A stretch of DNA of 64,000 nucleotides, from the NCBI GenBank assembly GCA_963829055.1, contig CAWHHI010000004.1, positions 256,001 to 320,000 on the forward strand, in the 5' to 3' direction. The notes under the pieces are model-generated. The model searched no databases, had not been told where the DNA came from, and saw only the letters and a program-made list of their open reading frames with translations. Made by a program: the position numbers and the translations under genes. Positions 40,054-50,737 of this stretch are shown piece by piece (the stretch's first letter is position 1; each line of letters opens with the position of its first letter). This stretch comes from an uncultured Gemmatimonadaceae bacterium (GTDB lineage Bacteria; Gemmatimonadota; Gemmatimonadetes; Gemmatimonadales; Gemmatimonadaceae).

Positions 40054-43032
40054 TTGCGGCTAAACACTCTAGGCGGCGTCCGCGTCATCGCGGACGGGAA
40101 TGTGGTCGCTGGGGCCGCGGCGCAACCTCGACGTCTCGCGGTGCTCGCACTGCTCGCGCGCGCCGGCCGGGCGGGCGTGACGCGCGAAAAGATCCTCGCG
40201 CTTCTCTGGCCGGACGAGGCCGAAGAGCGCGCCCGCCGCTCGCTCAACCAGGCGGTCTACTCGCTGCGCCGAGACCTCGGCGCCGATGACACGCTCGTCG
40301 GCGACGAAGGATCTGAGGCTCAACCTCGACCTGCTCGAGGTCGACGTCATCGAGTTCGACGACGCGCTTCGAGTCGAACGACCTCGAGCGCGCCGTCCGA
40401 TTGTACGCCGGTCCGTTCCTCGACGGATTCTTCATTCCGCGAGCACCCGAGTTCGAGCGCTGGGTCGAAGGCGAGCGGGCCGTGCTCGCGCGTGACTACG
40501 CCTCGGCGCTCGAGAAGGTCGCCGATCGAGCGACGCAGCGCGGTGATGCGGCCGGTGCGGTCGCTCACTGGCGGAAGCTGGCCGCGACGGATCCGCTGAA
40601 CGCGCGCGTGGCGATGTCGCGTGATGCACGCGCTCGTCGCTGCGGGCGACGTGAACGGCGCGATTCAGCACGCACGGCTCCACGAGGTACTGCTCGATCA
40701 GGAGCTCGGGCTCCCGCCGGATCGCGATATCGCCGCGTTCGCGCGTCAGCTTCGGACGAGGTCCGCGACCGTTGGCAATGCCGCGCCCACGAACGAGGCA
40801 TCGCCGGTGGCGCTGCCGAGTCGGCGCCCGTCGCCACGATCAGCGCAACGTTGAACCCGACTGTGCCCGATCCGGCCGCATCGTCGAGCGATGTCGCGAT
40901 GGCTACCGTCGCTCCCACGGAACGTCGCCGTCGCCGCACACGCGCCGGCGACGACCCGTTCGTCGCGACGCCCGCCGCGCGTGGTGGATCGGCGGTGGGT
41001 CGGCCATTGCGGCCGCGCTACGTCGCGGTCGTCGGCAACGCAGCTGTCGAAGCCGCTCCGCACTCTCGAGCACGGCGTCGATTCCGGCAGCAGGTCGTCG
41101 CCGTCGGAGTCGATCAACGACTACGCGTCGGACGACTCGTCAGGCGTCGCGCGCGCGTTGCGCGACATGCTCGCGACGAACCTCGCACGGTCGCCGGAGT
41201 TGACCGTCGTGAGCGGATCACGACTGCTCGAGGTCGAGCGTCAGATGAACGGCGGAGCACCGTCGGTCGCCGGCGCGATCGTGCCGGTCGCTCGTCAGGC
41301 AGGTGCGACGACGCTCGTCGACGGCGCGCTCTACCTGCTTGGCGTGCGATACGCTGCGGCTGGATCTGCGCGTCACCAGCCTGCGGGATGGGAACGTGCT
41401 GCGCGCGTACACCGTGACCGGGCGCGATCCGTTCGTCCTCGCGGACAGCGCCACGGCGCGTCTCGTCGCTTACCTCGGCTACTCGGCGCCGCGCGGATCC
41501 GTCGCCGATGCGACGACACGCTCGGTGACGGCGTATCGACTCTACGAGGAAGGGCTCCGCTCGTATCTATCTCGGAGATCTCGCGTGCGTCCGCGACGAC
41601 TGTTCGACGCCGCGCTGACCGAGGACTCGACGTTCGCGATGGCCGCGTACTACTCCGCACTCGCGACGCGCACGAGCCGCGCGCGAGTACCTCCGCCGCC
41701 TGCGCCGTGCGGTCAGCGCTCGCTGGTCGCGCGAGTGATCGGGAGCGACTCATCATCGAAGGTGGATGGGCCGAGGCGAACAACTCGCTGTCGCTGCGGG
41801 CGATCGGAGAGACGCTGGCGGTTCGGTACCCGACCGAGGTGGAGGGCCACTACTACCTCGGGCGCGCGCTCGTGAACGGTGGCGCGTTCATGGATGCGAT
41901 CGTTCCGCTCGCACCGCGTGGAGCTGATGGACTCGCTGAGCCTCCGAGGTGGCGACGCGCGTTGCGCGTCGTGCGACGCGCTGCTCCAGCAGGTGGTGAG
42001 CTACGAGCTCGCGGACTCGCTGGCGGCTGCGGAGCGGGTGGTGCGCCGATGGATCGCCGCGACGGCCAGCCGACGTGGGTGGCGTACGTCGAGCTCGGGC
42101 GCGTACTGACTGCGGTTGGTCGCGTCGACGAGGCACTGTCGGTGTTCCGAACCGCGCGATTCGCTCGACGCGCTTGGAAGCCATTGGGAACCGCTGGCGA
42201 CGCTGTGGATCCGCACCGGCCAGTTCGCGCGCGCGGACGAGATGCTGCGCGGGGAGATCGCGAAGGGCGGGGACGAGGTCGAGGCGCACTGGTTTCTCGC
42301 GATCAGTCTGCGCCACCAGGGCCGGTTCAGCGAAGCGTTAGGCGAGGCGAAGGCCTACCGACGCGGCACCGCGGGGCTCGAGCGCGTGACTCCCGACGCT
42401 GCCGCAGCCGGCGGCGCTGCTCGAGGCGCAGGTGTTGCGCGAGCTCGGGCGATACCGAGAATCGGCGGCGCTGTTCGACTCGATCTCGCGGTTCCGTGTA
42501 GTTGGCGCCGAGCCGTCGGCGCTGGCGTCTGGTCGCGTGTGGTCGCTGACGCACATGGCGGGCGCCCTGGCGGCGGGCGGTGAGTCCGCGCGACTCGAGT
42601 CCCTCGCGGATACGATCGAGGTCTGGGGCGCGGGGAGCAATCTCGCCCGCGACAATCGGCTGCACCATCACGTGCGTGGGCTGCTGCTGGTGGCTCGCGG
42701 AAATGACTCTGAGCGCCGTAACGGAATTCCGCCACTCGATCTTCTCCATGCCCCTTGGCTACACGCGGACGAACGTCGAGATGGCGAAGGCGTTGATGCG
42801 GCTCGGCCGATACGCGGAGGCGGCGCAGGTTCTCGAGGCGGCGCTTCGCGGGTCACTCGAGGCGGCGAACCTGTACGCGACGCATAGCGAGATTCGACTC
42901 CTGCTGGCGGAGGCCTACCGCGGCGCCGACCAGCGCGATCGCGCGAACCAGCAGCTGGAGTGGGTGCGCCACGCGTGGGAGAAGGCGGACCCGCCGGTGC
43001 GCGCGCAGCTGGATGCCGCGATGCGGCGGTAG
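40054..43032 (+). CDS. SARP/BTAD-domain transcriptional regulator with TPR repeats (many frameshifts)
   Basis: LNTLGG, RRLAVLALL, TREKILALLWP, LNQAVYSLRR, YAGPFLDGF, FERWVE, DPLN; C-terminal TPR-like helices. Confidence 0.8.
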
Positions 43033-43041
43033 TCAGCAGCG

Positions 43042-43148
43042 GCATCCCGAGCGTCAGCGAGGGACCTTCGAAGGCATCGTAGCAGTCTGGCCACTAGTAC
43101 TTCACAGAATTGCTCCGCTCAGGCAGTCTGGCGCTCCTCGGGATGACA
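43042..43148. repeat. REP-like element, subfamily A
   Basis: gcatcccgagcgtcagcgagggacc...ctcctcgggatgaca. Confidence 0.82.
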
Positions 43149-43166
43149 CTCGGTGGCGCTGCGGAT

Positions 43167-43204
43167 AAAAGAAACCGCCGGGGTCACGGTCCCCGGCGGT
43201 TCTC
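43167..43204 (-). terminator. Intrinsic terminator
   Basis: aaccgccgggg-tcacggt-ccccggcggtt stem with U-tail on the minus strand; between convergent genes. Confidence 0.8.
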
Positions 43205-43314
43205 TGATTGTTCAATGCTGCTCGTGCATCTATGTCGTTCGGCGTCTTGCCGATCCCGTTAGGGATCGAAGGCGCGTTGGTTAGAGCCCGGCTCGAATGA
43301 TCGGTCCGGGTGAA

Positions 43315-43858
43315 TCAGGCCGCTGCGGCAAGGAGTTGCGACGCGCAGTTGAGCGCGAAGGCTACAATTGCCGGCTCCTCCTCATCGACGACGATGTCGG
43401 CGATCGCGCGGCGTACCGCCTCGAGCGAGGCGTATTCCCCACCTATCCACTCCTCCATCCCTTCCGGCGAGCGGACTGCCAGGTCGCGCTGGAGCCTTCC
43501 GATCTCCAGGGCCAACGTGGCGACCGCTTGAGCGGGCTGGGAGTCGTTCTGAACTCGGGTTTTCGCAGTCGCCAACACTCGGCTGACGACCTGGGAACGA
43601 TCGGGCGCCGGCCGGAAGTGCGCCGGGACGATTGGTGCGGAGCCGACGGCTACCGTCGTCGTCGGGATCGAGGGTGCAACGACGGCCGGAAGTTCCTCCG
43701 TCGCTCCGACTCCGACCACGGTGCTCGCTCCGAACACCAGCGCCGCGAGCGTACGGCCGCGGCGGCGCACGCCGCCGGTCGGATTCAGAACCACCCCACT
43801 GCACCAGCTCAGCGTTGAGTGCCTTGTTCAATGCGTCGAGGTAGTTGCTCGGTGCCAT
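43315..43858 (-). CDS. Hypothetical protein (frameshift near 43795)
   Basis: MAPSNYLDALNKALNAELVQW joins VVLNPTGG...CASQLLAAAA by one base; ends upstream of the terminator. Confidence 0.5.
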
Positions 43859-44351
43859 GGTCGGATTCTCAGTTCTATCCGCCCGATCGGGCGGCGTTAG
43901 GTCGATGTGGTCGGTCGGCGTTCGAAGCGTGCGAGTTTTTCTTTCGGCGTCTCGCTTGCGCCGTTTGACGAAGGGAAGGATACGAAGCCCGATCACCCGG
44001 GAATCAACGCCGTGTGTGTCGAGTTGCCTGCGTTGTAAGTCGCTATTGGATAGTGCTTTGATCGAGGATGCCGATGTCGGATCACTGCCGATCGCTGGTC
44101 GAGCCGCGGTCGAATCACTTTCAGGTGATCGGCTACGCTGTCCTGCTCGCGCTTCGTCATTCGCGATTTTTCCCAAACGGCTGAATGAGGAACGGCACCC
44201 TGCGCATGATCCGGACAACGGCGAGACCGATGGAACGATCGTTCAAAGCCTTCGCGGGATGCCATTGGCCGAAAGGCACGTCGCAAGGATCTCGACTTCG
44301 TAGATGCCGGTCAGGTACTCATCGCGCGGAACGGCAACCAGACCGGACAGC

Positions 44352-44407
44352 CGTGATCGGTATCACGAAAGACTTGACAGATCGCGGTTGCTAATACGTA
44401 TTAGCAA
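44352..44407 (+). promoter_or_regulatory. CRP-like box, TTGACA -35 element and perfect 20-bp LacI-type operator
   Basis: CGTGA-N6-TCACG 44352-44367; TTGACA 44374-44379; TTGCTAATACGTATTAGCAA 44388-44407. Confidence 0.8.
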
Positions 44408-44409
44408 GC

Positions 44410-45477
44410 GTGGCGAAACGATCCTCGGCCGCTCAGCGGCGCGTAACCACCCACGACGTCGCGGCACGGGCCGGTGTCTCCCAGCCGACCGTCTCGCTCG
44501 TGTTGTCGCGGAACCCGACTGCCCGCGTGGCGCCCGAGACCCGCGAGCGCGTCATCCGCGCTGCCGAAGAGCTCGGGTACCGGCCGAACGTCGTCGCGCG
44601 CAGCCTCGTCCGCCGACGGTCATACGCCATCGGGCTCGTCGTACCCGACCTGTCGAACCAGTTCTTCGCGCACGTCGTGAGCGGCGCACAGCGGGTGGCG
44701 GTCGAAGAGGGCTACGCCGTTCTGCTATGCGAACAGAACGGCACCGGAATCGACCGCCACCTCGATGCCCTCCGCGCTCGCCAGGTAGACGGCGTCATCC
44801 TCGATGCCGCCGGCGCTTCATCGATTCCCGAGGAACTGCTCGACGGCATCAACGTCGTGCTCATCGACCAGCCCTCTCAGCGCTGGCCCGGAGTCGCGAG
44901 CGACGCCGAAGGCGCGGGACGCATGGCGGCGGAGCATCTCGTCGCACTCGGGCATCGGCGCGTCGCGTTCATCGGCCCGTCGGCCGACGTCCATACGTTC
45001 CGCATGCGCGAGCGCGGGTTCACCCGCGCCATGCGCGACGCTGGGATCAGCGTCGATCCCGACCTGTTCCGGCGTGCGCCAGCGACGGTCGCCGGCGGCC
45101 ATGCAGCGATGCGGACGCTGCTCGCGCAGCGTACCCCGCCGACCGCCGTGTTCTGCGCCAACGACCTGCTCGCGCTCGGTGCGTACAAGGCGTGCGCCCA
45201 GGCGGGCGTATCGATTCCACGCGACATGTCGATCGTCGGGTGCGACGACATCGAATTCGCGCAGCTGGTGACCCCCGAGCTCACGACGATCGCCATACCA
45301 GCACGCGAGCTTGGCGCACGTGCCGCGCGGTTGCTGGTTCGCGAGCTTGCTGGCGACCCGGCCCCGCCTTCTCAGCACACGCGGCCACTCCCGGTCCGCC
45401 TCGTCACGCGCGGATCGACGGCCGCTCCGGCGGCGTCCGCGCCGACCAAATCCAGGCTCGGAGACGCTGGCCGGTGA
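44410..45477 (+). CDS. LacI-family transcriptional regulator
   Basis: VTTHDVAARAGVSQPTVSLVL, LGYRPNVVARSL, AVFCANDLLALG, PELTTI. Confidence 0.95.
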   Translation: MAKRSSAAQRRVTTHDVAARAGVSQPTVSLVLSRNPTARVAPETRERVIRAAEELGYRPNVVARSLVRRRSYAIGLVVPDLSNQFFAHVVSGAQRVAVEEGYAVLLCEQNGTGIDRHLDALRARQVDGVILDAAGASSIPEELLDGINVVLIDQPSQRWPGVASDAEGAGRMAAEHLVALGHRRVAFIGPSADVHTFRMRERGFTRAMRDAGISVDPDLFRRAPATVAGGHAAMRTLLAQRTPPTAVFCANDLLALGAYKACAQAGVSIPRDMSIVGCDDIEFAQLVTPELTTIAIPARELGARAARLLVRELAGDPAPPSQHTRPLPVRLVTRGSTAAPAASAPTKSRLGDAGR

Positions 45478-46511
45478 GTGGGGCGAGCTTGTCGTCGGAG
45501 CGCGGACAGCATGCCGTGATTACCGGCACCGGGTCGTACGTCCCGGCGCGCGTCCTCACGAACGCGGACCTCGCGGCGATGCTCCGCGTCGAGATCGAGC
45601 CGTTCGTATCGGAAACGCTCGGCATCCACGAGCGACACGTATGCGCCGACGACGAGTCCACGGCCGACCTGGCGGAGCGCGCAGCGAAACGAGCGCTCGA
45701 CGATGCGGGCCTCGAGCCGAATGAGATCGACCTGCTGATCGTCACGACGGACACGCCCGAGTTCATCTCGCCCGCGACGTCGTCGGTGGTCCACGGGCGA
45801 CTCGGGACGACGCGCGCCGGCACGTTCGACGTGAACGCTGGATGCGCCGGGTACGTCACCGCACTCGACATCGCGTCCAAGTACATCCGCGCCGACGATC
45901 GATACGATCGCGTGCTCGTCGTCGGAGCGTACGCGATGTCGAAGTACCTCGACTACACCGACAAGAAAACGGCGACGATCTTCGCTGACGGTGCTGGCGC
46001 GACGGTGATCGAGCGCCGCAATGCGCCGGGCGTGCTCGCCTCGGAGCTGTTTGCTGACGGACGACTGGCTTGCGGCATGGGCGTCTTCGCTGGTGGAACG
46101 GCCGAGCCGATCACGGAGGCGGTGCTGCGTGAGGGGTACCGCAATCATCTCCGCTTCGTCGAGAAGTATCCAAAGGAAGTGAACGAGGAAGGGTGGCCGC
46201 GGATCGCGCGCTCGGTGCTCTCACGCATCGGGCGAGGTGTCGAAGACGTTAGGCTGTGGCTGTGGACGCAGGTGAACCTTTCCACGATCCGCCTGGTCAT
46301 GGGTGCGCTCGGCGTTCCGATGTCTCGCGCGCACACGGTGATGGGGAAGTGGGGGTACACGGGTGCCGCGTGTCTCCCGATGGCGCTCGATGACGCCGTG
46401 CGGGCCGGGCGTCTCAGCGACGGCGATCTGGTGATGTTCACCGGCTCTGGTGCCGGTCTCGCGATGGGCTGTGTGGCGGTGGAGTGGCGGAGCGAGGCCG
46501 GACGCCAGTGA
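45474..46511 (+). CDS. Ketoacyl-ACP synthase III (FabH)-like protein with non-canonical active site
   Basis: ITGTGSYVP, FDVNAGCAG, FADGAGA; TQVN and GYTG replace HQAN and GNT; GTGA overlap. Confidence 0.9.
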   Translation: MSGASLSSERGQHAVITGTGSYVPARVLTNADLAAMLRVEIEPFVSETLGIHERHVCADDESTADLAERAAKRALDDAGLEPNEIDLLIVTTDTPEFISPATSSVVHGRLGTTRAGTFDVNAGCAGYVTALDIASKYIRADDRYDRVLVVGAYAMSKYLDYTDKKTATIFADGAGATVIERRNAPGVLASELFADGRLACGMGVFAGGTAEPITEAVLREGYRNHLRFVEKYPKEVNEEGWPRIARSVLSRIGRGVEDVRLWLWTQVNLSTIRLVMGALGVPMSRAHTVMGKWGYTGAACLPMALDDAVRAGRLSDGDLVMFTGSGAGLAMGCVAVEWRSEAGRQ

Positions 46512-48341
46512 CGGTGCCGTTGCGGGAAGTGCAGGAAATGCACGACACGATGCTCGCGACGTTCCTCTCGCGCGTACGTGCGACTCCCGACCGCGTCGCG
46601 CTCGAGGAGTTGGCGGCGGGTGGAGCGCCCGCGGACCTGTCGCTCACGTGGACGCAGTGGCGCGAGGCATCTCGCTCGTTCGCGGCCGCACTCATTGCGG
46701 ATGGAGTCCAGCGTGGCGATCGCGTAGCGATCCTCGCCGGCAATCGCGCGCTCTGGCCGATTGCCGACATCGGTATCCTCATGGCCGGCGCGATCAGCGC
46801 CGGCGTCTATCCGACGAGCGCTCCGGCGCAGATCCGCGAGTTGCTCAGCGATTGCGGTGCCGTTGCCATCGTCGTCGACACCGCGGATCAACTGCAGAAG
46901 GTGACGTCGGTCGCGCACGAGCTGCCGTCACTGCGCCGGATCGTGGCTGCGGAGCTGGAGGCGTCATCGGGGATCGTCCGTCGGTGGCGCGACTACCTCG
47001 GACAGGGAGCGTCGGCGCTTGCCTCATCCGCCGAGATCGGGGCCGAGATCGACGCGCGATCTCGCGACACGACGCCTGACGACATCGCGCTGCTGATCTA
47101 CACATCGGGATCGACCGGCGAGCCGAAGGGCGCACGGATTCCGCACCGCTACCTGTCGGCATCGGCGGCGTCGGTGCGTGACACGTTAGGCCTCACCGAC
47201 GACGACACGGCATTGTCGTTCCTGCCGTATTGCCACGCGGGCGAGCGCGTGTTCGGCCTCTACACGCGTATCCTGTGTGGCATGCGGACGGGGCACGTAC
47301 TGGAGCACGCCCGGCTCTGGGATGCCGCTCGCGCATTCGAGCCGACGATCTTCGGGGGCCTCCCACGGTTCTTCGAGAAGATCTTCGAAGCGCTCGTCGT
47401 GCACGAGGGCACACTCGGCGCACGCGCCCGTCGTGAATGGCAACGGGCGCTCGCGCTCGGGCGCGAGCGATTCGTGTTTCGTCGGAGCGGTAGCGCGGTG
47501 CCGAGCGAGCTGGAGGAGCAGTGGCGCGAGGCGAGTGCACCCTGCGCAATGGTAGTGGCGAGTCTCCTCGGGACCCGTGTGCGGCTGGCGACGTCCGGTG
47601 GCGCGACACTCCCTCAGGAAGTCGCCGACTATCTCGATGCGGTCGGCCTCTCGGTGCTCGGTGCCTACGGGCAGACCGAGCACCTGTGCGTCGCGTTCCA
47701 CCGTCCGAATTGCTACGACACCGAGACGGTCGGGCCGCCGATGCCCGGCACCGAGATCCGCATCGACTCGGATGGTGAGGTGCTCCTCCGGCGGGGCCCA
47801 CTCACGTTCGCGGGCTACCACGACAAGCCGCTCGAGTCACGCAGATGCGTTCACGGCTGATGGCGAGTGGCTTCACACCGGCGACCTCGGCGAGCTCACG
47901 ACCGGAGGCCGGCTGCGCCTAACGGGGCGAAAGAAGGAGCTCATCGCGCTTTCGAGCGGGAAGAAGATCGCGCCGCTCCCGATCGAATCCCGCCTGATCG
48001 AGGATCCATGGATCGGTCACGCGATGCTGTACGGCGAGGGGCAGCGGTTCGTCTCCGCGTTGCTGGTGCCGCGGCGACCGGTGCTCGAAGCGTGGCAGCG
48101 CGAGCAGGGGTTGCAACTCGCGTACGACGAGCTCCTCGGGCACCCGGACGTTGTGACACGGGTGCAGCAGGCGGTGGACCGCGTGAACTCCGTCCTATCC
48201 GGGCCCGAGCGCATCAAGCGGTTCGTGCTACTCGATCGTGAGCTGTCGGTCGAAGCCGACGAGCTGACGCCCACCATGAAGATCCGCCGCGCTGTCGTCA
48301 CGGAGCGCTATCGCGATCGACTCGAACCCCTCTACCGGTGA
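46508..48341 (+). CDS. Long-chain acyl-CoA synthetase-like AMP ligase (frameshift near 47840)
   Basis: YTSGSTGEPKG, AYGQTE, WLHTGDLG, GRKKELI, ELTPTMKIRR. Confidence 0.92.
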
Positions 48342-48345
48342 CCGG

Positions 48346-48792
48346 ATGACGCGACCACTCGCGATTGGCGCACTGCTGGTGTCGGCGCTTCTGATCGGGG
48401 CCGCGTACGTAGGCGCGCTCGTCGCGTCGCCAGTACCACGGTGGGCGCCATGGGCGCTCATGATCGGCACGTCGACGATCATGCTCGCGACAATGGTGTT
48501 GGGTGCGAGTCGGCGTGGCGCGGGCATCGGCCGACTGGTCGTGCCGTTTGTCGCGATGTTCGCGGTGCTGATAGTCGGTTTCAGTGCCGCGCTGGTTTTG
48601 CCGGCGGAGTCGGCGACGTCTCCTCTCTGGTTTGGGCTCCCGCGCCGCGCGGCCGTGATTTTGTACGGCGTTGGTGTGCTGCCGTTGTTCGTGCTGCCCA
48701 TTGCGTACGCAGTGACGTTCGAATCGCTCACACTGAGTGACGAGGACCTCGAGCGAGTGCGCGCGGTGAAGCGCGCGCGGGTGGGTGCATGA
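48346..48792 (+). CDS. Small 4-TM membrane protein, probable SSS partner subunit
   Basis: Four hydrophobic segments, LWFGLP, ATGA overlap with the symporter. Confidence 0.75.
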   Translation: MTRPLAIGALLVSALLIGAAYVGALVASPVPRWAPWALMIGTSTIMLATMVLGASRRGAGIGRLVVPFVAMFAVLIVGFSAALVLPAESATSPLWFGLPRRAAVILYGVGVLPLFVLPIAYAVTFESLTLSDEDLERVRAVKRARVGA

Positions 48793-50285
48793 CACAATCA
48801 ACGGCGCTTCCACCGCTTGCGCAGCCAATCATCGTCGGCGTGGCGGTCGCGTACTTCGCCGTCGTGGCGGCGATCGGCGTGTGGGCGACTCGTCGCACGC
48901 GCACCGCGAGTGATTTCTTCGTGGCCGGTCAGGGGATCGGCCTGTGGGCGCTCGCCATAGCATCCATGGCGGCGACGCTGTCGGGGTTCGCGTTCATTGG
49001 TGGACCGGGGCTCGTCTACTCCGTTGGCATTGGCGCAGTGTTCATCATCCTGCCTGTGTCGCTCACGAACGCGATGGGTGCGTGGGTGCTGGCGAAGCGC
49101 ATGCGATTGCTGGCCGAGGTGCGCGACATGATCACCGTACCGGACGCGATCGGCGCGCGCTATCGGTCGCGTCTGGCGCAGGGCCTGGCCGCGATCGCGA
49201 TCCTGATTGCCGTCGTCGGTTACATGGCGACGAACGTGCTCGCGCTCGGTCTCGTGATCGACGCGATCTTCGGCGTCGGTCTGGCGTGGGGGATCTGGAT
49301 CGGAACGCTGATCACGCTTGCGTACTCCGTGTCCGGCGGGATTCTCGCCGGCGTGTACACGGACGTGTTCCAGGGCAGTCTCATGGCGCTCGCGTCAGTG
49401 TTGGTGTTCGTCTACGTGCTCGAGGCGGGAAGCGGACTCTCCGGCATCTCTCGCACGATTCTCGGAGCCGATCCCGGGTTCCTCGGTCCATGGGGGAAGC
49501 TGACGCCACTGGCGGCGCTCTCTTTCTTCTTCGTGTTTGGGCTTGGGTCGTTAGGCCAGCCGCACGTCGTGCACAAGTTCTACATGCTGCGTGATCCACG
49601 CCGGCTCAAGTGGTATCCGCTCATCATGACGACGGCGTTGTTCGTGACATTGCTGCTGTACGTCGGCGTCGGGCTGGCAGTGAAGTCGCTGGTTGTGACC
49701 GGCGCACTCCCGGCGTTAGGTCGCGCCGACGATGCCACACCGACGTTCCTCCTGCGGTTCACCCCCCTGTTGCTGGCCGCGCTGGTGTTCTCCGGGGTTG
49801 CGGCGGCGATCATGAGCACGGTGAACTCCTTCATGAGCATCGGGGCCGCCGCGCTGACGCACGACCTTCCAGTCGCGTTGGGACGGCGCGTCGGGAACGA
49901 GCTCCGTTGGGGGCGAATCTCGACCGTCGTCATCTCCGTGGTCGCGGCGCTCGTCGCGCAGGCATCCGGGACGCTGGTCGCGTTTCTCGGAATATTCGGC
50001 TGGGGCCTGTTCGCCTCGACGCTGGTGCCCGCGCTGGCGATCGGTCTCAACTGGCAAGGTGCGACCCGCGCTGGCGCAGTGACGTCGATCGCGACGGGCA
50101 TCGTCGTGACGCTCGTGTTCGAGACGCTCGCGTACTTCAAGGTGTACACGTTCCCGGCGGGTGTGACCGTCGCGGGGTTGTCGCTCGTCGCGTCAGTCCT
50201 GGTGTTTCTCATCGTGTCGCTGCTCACGCGCGAGACTGAAGGCGCGGCGATCGACGCGGACATCCGACTCGTGATGGAGGTCTGA
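48789..50285 (+). CDS. Sodium:solute symporter (SSS family)
   Basis: DFFVAG, SGFAFIGGPG, GVYTDVFQG, LGQPH, AAAIMSTVNS; many TM helices. Confidence 0.93.
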   Translation: MTQSTALPPLAQPIIVGVAVAYFAVVAAIGVWATRRTRTASDFFVAGQGIGLWALAIASMAATLSGFAFIGGPGLVYSVGIGAVFIILPVSLTNAMGAWVLAKRMRLLAEVRDMITVPDAIGARYRSRLAQGLAAIAILIAVVGYMATNVLALGLVIDAIFGVGLAWGIWIGTLITLAYSVSGGILAGVYTDVFQGSLMALASVLVFVYVLEAGSGLSGISRTILGADPGFLGPWGKLTPLAALSFFFVFGLGSLGQPHVVHKFYMLRDPRRLKWYPLIMTTALFVTLLLYVGVGLAVKSLVVTGALPALGRADDATPTFLLRFTPLLLAALVFSGVAAAIMSTVNSFMSIGAAALTHDLPVALGRRVGNELRWGRISTVVISVVAALVAQASGTLVAFLGIFGWGLFASTLVPALAIGLNWQGATRAGAVTSIATGIVVTLVFETLAYFKVYTFPAGVTVAGLSLVASVLVFLIVSLLTRETEGAAIDADIRLVMEV

Positions 50286-50737
50286 TGGCGCGAATCGACG
50301 AGCTCTCCGTTGGCCAGGTGGCCGAGTTGGCGAAGACAGTGACGGAGTCGGACATCGTGCTGTTCGCCGGCGTCACGGGTGACTTCAACCCCGTGCACAT
50401 CGACGCGGAAGCGGCGAAGCAGTCCGTGTTCGGCGAACGGATCGCGCACGGGATGCTGAGTGCCGGCTTCATCTCCGCTGTGCTCGGGATGCGACTGCCG
50501 GGTCCGGGCTCGATCTACCTGAGTCAGACGCTGCGCTTCACGAAGCCGGTGCGCATTGGCGACACCGTGACGGCGCGCGTCGAAGTGGTCGAGGTCATCG
50601 CGGCCAAGCGGCGCGTACGGCTCGCGACGACGTGTCGGAATCAGAACGACGAAGTGGTGGTCGAGGGGGAAGCAGTCGTGATGATGGAGAAGCGGGAACA
50701 GGACACGGGGCGTTCAAATCGACAGGGGACACCATGA
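50285..50737 (+). CDS. MaoC-family (R)-specific enoyl-CoA hydratase (PhaJ-like)
   Basis: FAGVTGDFNPVHID, IAHGML, LPGPGSIYLSQTLRF.KPV.IGD. Confidence 0.93.
   Translation: MARIDELSVGQVAELAKTVTESDIVLFAGVTGDFNPVHIDAEAAKQSVFGERIAHGMLSAGFISAVLGMRLPGPGSIYLSQTLRFTKPVRIGDTVTARVEVVEVIAAKRRVRLATTCRNQNDEVVVEGEAVVMMEKREQDTGRSNRQGTP

Noticed and set aside
43845..44303. 152-aa plus-strand ORF
   Set aside because: Atypical composition, no RBS or motif; treated as non-coding.
44240..44330. c-di-GMP-I riboswitch
   Set aside because: A GAAA tetraloop and cgcaa are present, but the GGCAAA and GACGCAAAG conserved segments are not convincing.
47830..47870. Programmed frameshift in the acyl-CoA ligase (likewise 60003 and 63065 in the kinase)
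   Set aside because: No slippery heptamer or stimulatory structure is evident, and indel errors are common in this sequence.
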